Under the pieces are notes generated by a model that did no database searches, was not told the origin of the DNA, and saw nothing but the letters and a program-made list of their open reading frames with translations. The position numbers and the translations under genes are program-made. From NCBI GenBank assembly GCA_963765895.1, contig CAVXZB010000084.1, forward strand, positions 256,001 through 320,000: a stretch of DNA of 64,000 bases, written 5' to 3'. The DNA is from an uncultured Nitrososphaeraceae archaeon (GTDB taxonomy: Archaea; Thermoproteota; Nitrososphaeria; Nitrososphaerales; Nitrososphaeraceae). Shown here piece by piece: positions 56,312 to 64,000 of the stretch; position 1 is the stretch's first letter; each line of letters begins with the position of its first letter.

Positions 56312-57382
56312 ATGAATTTTAGAATAAAATTAGGCATATCTGCTGCAATAATAGCGGCAGTCATATTAAGTTCTATCCTTTATGGTGCCGGGCCTTCATC
56401 GACAACTAATGGCTTAGATAGTGAACCATCAAATATTCTTAGAATTGGTTATTTTCCAAATTTGAACCACGCTCAAGCACTTATAGGGCTGGGGACTGGA
56501 AGTTTTCAGAGAGCTATCGGCGAAAATATCAAAATTAATTCAAAAATGTTTAGCGCCGGGCCCTCTCTTATTGAAGCTTTGTTTGCGAATCAGATAGACG
56601 TAGCCTATATTGGCCCAAATCCTACAATAAATGGCTACTATGTTTCTGATGGAAATGGACTAAAAGTAATTTCTGGGGCTGCGAGTGGAGGAGCGGTATT
56701 TGTAGTTAGAAATGACTCAGGAATTAATTCACATAAGGATCTTGGTAATCGAGTCTTCGCGTCTCCACAACTCGGGAATACTCAAGATGTTGCACTCAGA
56801 AAGTATTTAATATATAATGGATTCAAGACAAAAGAAAATGGAGGAAATGTTACATTAGTACAGGCAAGCCCGTCTGACATCCTTACCTTGTTTCTGAAGA
56901 AGCAGATCGATGGTGCATGGGTACCTGAACCTTGGGGAGCTAGATTAGTAAAAGAAGCTGGGGGCAAGATTCTAGTAGATGAAAGAAGTTTGTGGCCTGA
57001 TGGTAAGTTTGTAACTGCTAATATTATTGCCAGGACTGACTATCTTAAGAATAACCCAAACATAATCAGAAAATTTTTGACAGCCAACGTTGATGAGACA
57101 ATCTGGATAAACAAAAATAAAAATATGGGAATAGAATTGTTTAATGAAGCTTTAAAAAATATTACAGGCAAGACTATACGACCAGACGAATTAGCAGACG
57201 CCTGGTCCAGGACAGCATTTACCTACGACCCAGTCAAAACTTCATTATTTCAGTCAGCAAAGAGTGCATATGACCTGGGATTTCTTGCAAGAGGAAAAGA
57301 AAGGCCAAATCTTTCCGGGTTGTATGATTTGACGATCTTAAATGATATTCTCAATCGAAAGTCTCTACAAAAACTAAGATAG
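56312..57382 (+). CDS. ABC transporter substrate-binding protein, SsuA/TauA-like
   Basis: LRIGYFPN..HA, F.AGP..IEAL, YIGPNP, PQLGNTQDVALR, DGAWVPEPW. Confidence 0.88.
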   Translation: MNFRIKLGISAAIIAAVILSSILYGAGPSSTTNGLDSEPSNILRIGYFPNLNHAQALIGLGTGSFQRAIGENIKINSKMFSAGPSLIEALFANQIDVAYIGPNPTINGYYVSDGNGLKVISGAASGGAVFVVRNDSGINSHKDLGNRVFASPQLGNTQDVALRKYLIYNGFKTKENGGNVTLVQASPSDILTLFLKKQIDGAWVPEPWGARLVKEAGGKILVDERSLWPDGKFVTANIIARTDYLKNNPNIIRKFLTANVDETIWINKNKNMGIELFNEALKNITGKTIRPDELADAWSRTAFTYDPVKTSLFQSAKSAYDLGFLARGKERPNLSGLYDLTILNDILNRKSLQKLR

Positions 57383-57739
57383 CAAGTAACCAATCCTAAA
57401 CTGGCATTTCTTATGATTTAGGCAAAGACTTTTAGAGTTGGATATGGGGCTGAACGTCTGCCTCGCCCAGTGATAGGAATTAAAATGGCCCCCCATTCTT
57501 GGCATATTTTCGCCAATATTTTCTCAGCTTGAATTTCATGTCATTATATCCAGGTTAGGCTTATGGAATGTCAACTCATAGTGTTACAATAATCCGCCGT
57601 AGCTTTTCTGGTTTCCAATCATTAATTGTCTTGACAGTTTCTGGTTTGCAATAATGAGTAGATACATGCTGGTGCAGATTAATCATTTATTCAACTGTAG
57701 ACGAACCTTGGTTGATAAAGCAATATATCGGCTTCATAA

Positions 57740-58675
57740 CTAAAAGATGCTTTCATTCAGTATCATTGCTAACAAAGCGGATCTAAGATCCTTGCCATAG
57801 GCTGCCTGTTTAAAGTAAATCGCATTAACTGTGTTATCTAAGGACTGAGAAATCTCATCCATTCTTGGCATTGGATGCATGATTGATACGTCACTTTTGG
57901 CATTTTTGAGAACGTCAGTGTCAATTATATAAGAGCCTTTGACGTTTTCGTATTCCTGCAGATCTGGAAATCTTTCTCTCTGAATTCTAGTAACGTAGAT
58001 TATATCAAGTTTGGGCAAGATATCCTCTAGGGTAGTATGTTCCTGAATTCTTAATTTGTGTCTAACTTCATAGAGGGATTCCATCCTTATCTTCAAAGAT
58101 GCTGGAGAAACTAGATGAATTTTCACGTCGTAATAGGTCAGGCCATACAATAATGAATATACTGTTCTACCATATTTGAGGTCACCTATTACACCAATAG
58201 TGAGTCCATCTATTCGCTTTTTTTCCTTAACTATTGTGTATAGATCTAGCATTGCTTGCGTAGGATGCTCTTCACTTCCACTCCCTCCGTTAATAACAGG
58301 ATTGTTTGATAATTCACAGGCGAATCTGCTTGAACCGTCTAAAGGATGACGTAACACAACGATATCAGAATAGAGGTCCATAATCCGGATTGTATCTGCC
58401 AGACTCTCTCCTTTCTCGATCGAAGATGATTTGGGATCAGATATCCCTAGTGAACTACCACCCAACGAAGCCATCGCGGCTTCGAAGCTCATTCTCGTTC
58501 TAGTACTTGGTTCATAAAAAACTGAACCCAGAACTCGGCCTTTTCCGAGTTCGCTCTTTTCAGTTGGCTTTAAATTACGTAGTTTGTCGGTATATGTAAA
58601 TATAAGTTCCAGATCCTGTTTGTTGATATCTTTAATTGATACTATGTCACGGTTGTAAAAATTGTTTTTAAGCAT
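57740..58675 (-). CDS. pyrB: Aspartate carbamoyltransferase catalytic subunit
   Basis: FYEPSTRTR.SFE, KGESL.DT, EHPTQ..LD, GDLKYGRTV.S, TRIQRER, HPMPR. Confidence 0.96.
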   Translation of the reverse strand: MLKNNFYNRDIVSIKDINKQDLELIFTYTDKLRNLKPTEKSELGKGRVLGSVFYEPSTRTRMSFEAAMASLGGSSLGISDPKSSSIEKGESLADTIRIMDLYSDIVVLRHPLDGSSRFACELSNNPVINGGSGSEEHPTQAMLDLYTIVKEKKRIDGLTIGVIGDLKYGRTVYSLLYGLTYYDVKIHLVSPASLKIRMESLYEVRHKLRIQEHTTLEDILPKLDIIYVTRIQRERFPDLQEYENVKGSYIIDTDVLKNAKSDVSIMHPMPRMDEISQSLDNTVNAIYFKQAAYGKDLRSALLAMILNESIF

Positions 58676-59048
58676 TGTGTAGTTTATTCCTTGAACTCAT
58701 ACCATTTTAAGCATGTCGGAGTTTGTTTTCAAAAAATATTATCTATTAAATCTAAAAAAAGACTAAACAAATTGACAAGGATTTCACATATGAGAAAATT
58801 TTTTGCACGCTGATCTCATTTTATGGATTCATACTATTTTGTAATTACGATCATACTGCCTTGTCATTAGTTGATAAGGTGGCTTGGTAGTAAGTTGAAG
58901 GTACATTGTATCGGACAGATATATCTACGCGACTTGACTTACACATACTTATTGCAATTGAAAACTGAACGATTAGGTTCGATAATGAATAATATTTAAT
59001 AATTCAAGCCAATAAGTTCATATGAACAAGATATTGAAATTTCCTTGA

Positions 59049-59717
59049 TTGGGAATTTACAGATATGATATATATAAAAGCCCAAATATTGGACTATTTG
59101 CGAAAATTAACGATCGAATCATGATACTCCCCTTTGGAGTTCCGTCTACCAAAACTACCAAGCTCTTAGATTATTTACAGATTGATGAAAAGGTCTTTGG
59201 ATCGATTGCAGGTACACGGATCATTGGTGCGATGATGGTAATGAATAGCAATGGAATTCTGGTGCCAGCTACTGCTCTTGATGAGGAAATTCAAATACTT
59301 AGACAAGCTAGTGGGCTAAGGGTTGAACGTCTTAAAACCAAGTTCACTGCTATCGGGAATTTGATATCTAGCAACGATAAAGGAGCTATAATTTCACCAT
59401 TATTTGAAAATGAAGTGCTGGAACAGGTTCAGGATGTATTGGAAGTACCTACAAACTCTATGACCGTAGGTGGCTATGTACAGATTGGATCGGCGATCGT
59501 TGCCACTAATTTAGGCGCGGCAGTACATCCCAAGGCTACTGATGAGGAAATCAAAAATATATCAGACATACTTAAAGTCCCAGTGGAGCCTGTAACAGTG
59601 AATGGTGGTATACCGTTTCTATCCTACGGCATTCTTGCTAATTCAAAATCAGTTATTGTAGGCAGCCCGACAAGCGGACCAGAGTTAGTAATGATTAGTA
59701 GAATTTTCAAGATATGA
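59049..59717 (+). CDS. eif6: Translation initiation factor 6 (aIF6)
   Basis: SPNIGLF, IAGTRIIG..MNSNG, AIGNLI..ND.GA, VHP, TVNGG.PF..G..AN, T.GPEL. Confidence 0.93.
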   Translation: MGIYRYDIYKSPNIGLFAKINDRIMILPFGVPSTKTTKLLDYLQIDEKVFGSIAGTRIIGAMMVMNSNGILVPATALDEEIQILRQASGLRVERLKTKFTAIGNLISSNDKGAIISPLFENEVLEQVQDVLEVPTNSMTVGGYVQIGSAIVATNLGAAVHPKATDEEIKNISDILKVPVEPVTVNGGIPFLSYGILANSKSVIVGSPTSGPELVMISRIFKI

Positions 59718-60682
59718 CCATGAATTGATGCGCAGAATTGGAATCGGACAATCACCTGTTAATTTGATTTCGAGAAATGGAGTTGCAATAGTTCATTTAT
59801 AATTATTTTGAATAATTCCTAATTTGGTATTTGTAGTATCTTATAGTTACCCTGTCGATATCGCTGTTTTCCTAAGTCTATTCTAATGGAACACTATTTC
59901 TGTTCAAAACAGGCAAGTAAGTAAAGAAATGATTGCAGATGAGTCAAGGTACTTTCTGATCTACAATAGGGTAATGATTCGTAATAGCATATTCGGAACC
60001 ATCTCCTGTTACGCATAATAATCAGCTCGCTTTTGAAGTAGAATGCATTAGGGATAGAGAAAGCCCGCTGCCGCACCTGGCAACAAAGACCAAGATCTTA
60101 GCAAGCGAGGTCACTATCCTTTCCAAGTGAATATTGTTGGTTACTATAATATGCAGAGTGACATTTAATAAACTTTCCGATTATATTGTATCTAATAATT
60201 AGTTTTTTTTATATAAGCTAGAGATATCTTAATTAATGCCCATTTTTCTTATAAAATAATGAATTTGAATATATTGATTTTTTGTAAATTATGAGATGTA
60301 CAAGTGCCATCACCTAAGATCTAGCAGTCAACATTATAGCTGAAATAATCTTTATGTGTGCTATACTTATCAGTAAATTATGATTAGGGATGGATCGAAC
60401 ACTTGTCGCTTTTAGAAGCCTTCTTTAATTGCCAGCTCAATTTTGCTGTTGACCCGCTAGGACGACATATTTAAAAAATTGAATTGTTGTAAAGCAATAC
60501 TACGCAAAGGCTATTAAATAGTCTATTGTCAATAATAAATCAAATTATAATCTATAGTGGACCAACTTGCCTTCCGCAGACAATAATAATAACAAATTGA
60601 AATCCATTCAGTTGCAGTCAATGGATTTCAATTTTCAGTACGAGCCCCACATCATAGCAGTTTAATACTTCTATTACGGAAT

Positions 60683-60931
60683 ATGATCATGCCCACCGCA
60701 TACGTTCTTCTAAATTGTGAACTCGGACATGAAAATGAAATCATTAATGAACTGAAGAAACTGCCAGGTGTAGTTGAGGTAGAAGGATCCTACGGCGTCT
60801 ATGATATGATTGTGAAGATTAGTGCTGATACTATGGATAAGTTAAAGGAAACTATAACATGGCATGTTAGAAAGATTGAAAAAATTAAATCAACGCTTAC
60901 GTTAATCGTAATCGAGGGTCAAGGAACATGA
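60683..60931 (+). CDS. Stand-alone Lrp/AsnC ligand-binding (RAM) domain protein
   Basis: AYVLLNCELG.E, G.YG.YD.IVK, RK...I.STLTL. Confidence 0.88.
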   Translation: MIMPTAYVLLNCELGHENEIINELKKLPGVVEVEGSYGVYDMIVKISADTMDKLKETITWHVRKIEKIKSTLTLIVIEGQGT

Positions 60932-61180
60932 ATATAGAAAGATAGACTCAGGGTTGAATCTACACTGGATTCGTCCTGGGGAGATGCTACTAAACAGTAC
61001 GTAAATGATAAGATGATATTGTTGTTAGTAATATTTCAAGTAGAGGGACATGTTTTCACCACATTTTTGGTCTTCTTACTGGATCCGTAGGATGATCCAA
61101 CATAATAATAAATTTTTGTAATAATTAACCAGTTGTATAGGTAGTTTGAATAGCTCTATTGTATTGACTGCAAAATCTGT

Positions 61181-61757
61181 TCATACTGGGTCATTAATGG
61201 CAGCCTTACTTATACTCGATTTTTTTGACATTAGATAGAATCCGTGAGCCGAAATGAGTAACGTCGGCAAGGGACATTTTTGTAGCAAATACAAGATTCC
61301 AAGGGGTTTTTGGATTAGGATATGGAACATTAATACTATCTAATTTCATTATACCTCTCATTATATCGACTGTGATGAACGAATTCCAGAGTATAAAATT
61401 ATAGATAAATTCATAGAGTGCAATGATTGCAATAGCTAATACCACAATTTGAAGTATCGATTTTGTCGATTTAGAAATTCCTTGTACTTTATTAGCTCCA
61501 AGCTTAGTTACACAGTACCATCCAACTACCGATACGATCATTAAGTACGTTACAAGTTTTGATAGACCCTTTACTGGAAATTCCGTATCCACGAGCACTT
61601 CTCCGATGACTACCTTCCCTGTATGGAGGTATTCATTAACACTTACGTAAACCGCATAAGTAGTAATAGCAGCCATAACAAACGCGCAAGCATAAAATAT
61701 TCCAAGATATAATTTTCTCGTAATCTTCGCGTCTCCTTCTAAACGTAGATTATGCAT
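61181..61757 (-). CDS. Membrane hypothetical protein (+1 frameshift near 61263)
   Basis: Several TM helices, YPNP.TPWNLVFATKM; restored tail AALLISAHGFYLMSKK completes a TM helix. Confidence 0.65.
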
Positions 61758-62245
61758 TCCCGTGGGGTAGTAATGGTAATAACAGATATAAATAACTATT
61801 AGGATGCAAAATAGAAATTGATTGGCTAAAGCTCTTAATTTTAAAGAATAATAGATTTTTTAAATTACTCATCAAAAGGATCTAGCAGGCCAATGTTTTA
61901 GAAATCAAGTCATTAATTATATGATGCAAGTGTCATTATTTAATGAGGATACAGATAGTGTGATAACGATACTGACTACACGGTATAATTGAGGAAATCA
62001 ATTCGTGATGTAGAAGTGATAAACATCGCATCCAATATTAGACAACCAGCATAAACTGCTATATGCCAGTCAATAATATACTTGATGGAATCTGGCACCC
62101 TGTAGATGATCGAATTTGAATTTCTGATATGACTCCGATGGGCGTTGCAGCGTTAGCAGAAAGAGGAAAGCCTTGTTTGAGAGTGATAATCCACCAGAAG
62201 GATTATTAAGCATAAATGTCGAATTGATCCTGATTATACAAGTAG

Positions 62246-62653
62246 ATGGAGGATTCGAATAATTATTCTGAGACTGAAACGCTAAAGTTGAGGGGCAAAA
62301 CAGCAATTAGTTCTGCCCACAAAAATGTATCCATTGAGGATGAGAGGAGAATTACGAATAGAATATCAGATATATATAAAGTCACAATAGAGGAAGCCAG
62401 TGACATACATGTTAACTATCATCATGATAGAATAAGAAATATGCTCCGCAATAGGGCAAAAAAACATGGAATGACCGATAAGGTATTCGAGGAAAGTGTA
62501 CAGCGTTTGAATATTTTAAAATATGCTCTCAGCATCTCTCGTGGAGAGCTGATAGAGATGGCAGCAGGTGACATACTCTTTAAACAACTTTCAATTATGC
62601 AAAGTGAGAATGAAGATACTCCCGAAGATAGATACTTTAATTTTTACCAATAG
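62246..62653 (+). CDS. Hypothetical protein (possibly a fragment)
   Basis: 135 aa ORF, no recognisable motif. Confidence 0.4.
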   Translation: MEDSNNYSETETLKLRGKTAISSAHKNVSIEDERRITNRISDIYKVTIEEASDIHVNYHHDRIRNMLRNRAKKHGMTDKVFEESVQRLNILKYALSISRGELIEMAAGDILFKQLSIMQSENEDTPEDRYFNFYQ

Positions 62654-63195
62654 TTGGGGAGATACTATCTATGGCTACTAACTTGGTACCCAGATTTTAT
62701 GCAAATAATGCTTTAACATTGCCGATGAAAATCAACCTGATATCATCACCAATGATAACCTGCTGCAGAATAATTATGCAAAATATGAACGAGTTCGTAT
62801 AAAGATAATAGTGAGAAATGATAATAATCACTTAAGTTAGAGTAATATAGCTGGTTAGGATGGCTGTACCCTTCCCTTCTTACTTATTGAGTTTATTTAG
62901 ACAGTGTCATCGTAATTGATGATAAATATGAATAATTTGGAAATAAAAGACGCTCCACTGGACTATCATCATCTTCTACAACTATCTAGTATTGGTAATT
63001 GTTAATTAAATAAGCCAAGCGAAAAATTGACAGTTAGTTAGTTTGTTCAATTTATATACCAGTTTGTAGTATATTTATGTTCTGCTAAATAGTTTTTATG
63101 AATATTCTATAAGACTTATTTAGTAGTTAGTTAGTTTTCAATGTACAACATCCTGAAATACAAAGCGTGGTTCATCTACTTTACCAAACAATATA

Positions 63196-63918
63196 TTAAC
63201 TTCCTGAAAATACCCACGCAAATAAGGTTAAGAACTGTCTGAGGGATAATAGCCTGTACTTCTCCATAATTTTCTTTACATCTTCATCGCTAACTTGTGA
63301 AAAGTCTTTATAGAATTGTCCAACTGCATTAAAGATTTCAGGTAAATATAAAATTATTAATTTATCGGCGGCTTGCTCCAGTTCGTTGATTGTATCCTGT
63401 GATTGTGGTGCTACTGGGACAGCGATAACGAAATGTTTGCTTTGTTGTTTTTCCTTCATCCAGCGTGCTGCCGCAATCATAGTTGATCCTGTGGCTATAC
63501 CATCATCAACCAAGATAACTATTTTTTCATTTGACTCATAGGAATAATGATCACTGCCTCTAAACTCGATTAATCTTCTACCTATTTCTTTTTTTTGCAC
63601 TGCAATATTATCATCTATAAATTGCTTAGATATAGCAGGAAAATTGGCCATTACTTTTTCGTTAGAGTAATATGTTCCATCAGGCATGACTGCTCCAATT
63701 GCAAGCTCAGGGTTCCATGGTGCTCCAACTTTTCTTGAAACAATAATATCAAGTCCACATCCTAAATGCGAAGCGACAATATCGCCAACTATTACACCTC
63801 CTCTAGGAATGGCCAAGACTATGATTGATTCTCCGGCAATTTGTCCAAATTTGCTTTGTAACCACTCCTTTATCTTTGACGCAAGCTCCTCAGCGGCCTC
63901 TCTTCTGTTCTGGAACAT
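63196..63918 (-). CDS. Phosphoribosyltransferase family protein
   Basis: F.NR.EA...LA, LAIPRGG, RKVGAP.NPELAIGA, ILVDDGIATG.T, AVGQFY.DF.QVSD. Confidence 0.92.
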   Translation of the reverse strand: MFQNRREAAEELASKIKEWLQSKFGQIAGESIIVLAIPRGGVIVGDIVASHLGCGLDIIVSRKVGAPWNPELAIGAVMPDGTYYSNEKVMANFPAISKQFIDDNIAVQKKEIGRRLIEFRGSDHYSYESNEKIVILVDDGIATGSTMIAAARWMKEKQQSKHFVIAVPVAPQSQDTINELEQAADKLIILYLPEIFNAVGQFYKDFSQVSDEDVKKIMEKYRLLSLRQFLTLFAWVFSGS

Positions 63919-64000
63919 TTTCTACAATTATAACACATTTTCTTAGCCTGCTTATATATGATAGTGATTGGATCAGTGACATAGGTACATTCTTTTACGG

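Noticed and set aside
57383-57739. Expected pyrI downstream of pyrB
   Set aside because: No PyrI motifs (GTVIDHI, C-terminal Cys pairs) recognised in the frames I read
358-63946. Many antisense or overlapping ORFs in the track (e.g. 358-597, 652-984, 4089-5463, 9269-9829, 13496-13957, 32346-32741, 36008-36379, 45458-45982, 63686-63946)
   Set aside because: Shadow frames opposite well-supported genes, with no motifs
1-64000. CRISPR array, rRNA, intact IS or provirus, intein in nrdJ
   Set aside because: No regularly spaced repeats, no long GC-rich RNA gene, no transposase or capsid ORFs, and NrdJ motifs are contiguous without intein signatures

Overview
AT-rich (visibly low GC) chromosomal window from an ammonia-oxidizing archaeon. 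A stand-alone amoC, TFB, aIF6, Csl4, aTrm56, prefoldin, intron-containing tRNA and the expanded small wHTH/Zn-finger families point to Nitrososphaerota, probably Nitrososphaeraceae (family is inference). It carries housekeeping genes (mptE, csl4, pheA, class II RNR, ubiD-like, argF, ftsY, pfdA, sufC, ahbAB, mqnD, pyrB, aIF6) and two tRNAs: Gly-TCC with two BHB introns (one non-canonical, in the T-arm) and Ser-GCT. The tRNA-Ser is followed by a decayed tyrosine-integrase island with a degenerate att-like tRNA copy and a pseudogene-rich tract (K+ channel, radical SAM, amidase) that also holds an intact orphan Dam-family methylase. Further on are a PadR/CopCD-beta-propeller copper module and a cluster of Zn-finger/wHTH microproteins after amoC. 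About a dozen otherwise intact genes are broken by single extra bases, most likely long-read assembly errors. Many genes that are normally operonic stand alone. No CRISPR array, rRNA or intact mobile element was seen, and I found no clear novel multi-gene system. All family assignments are by motif recognition only; no searches were run.
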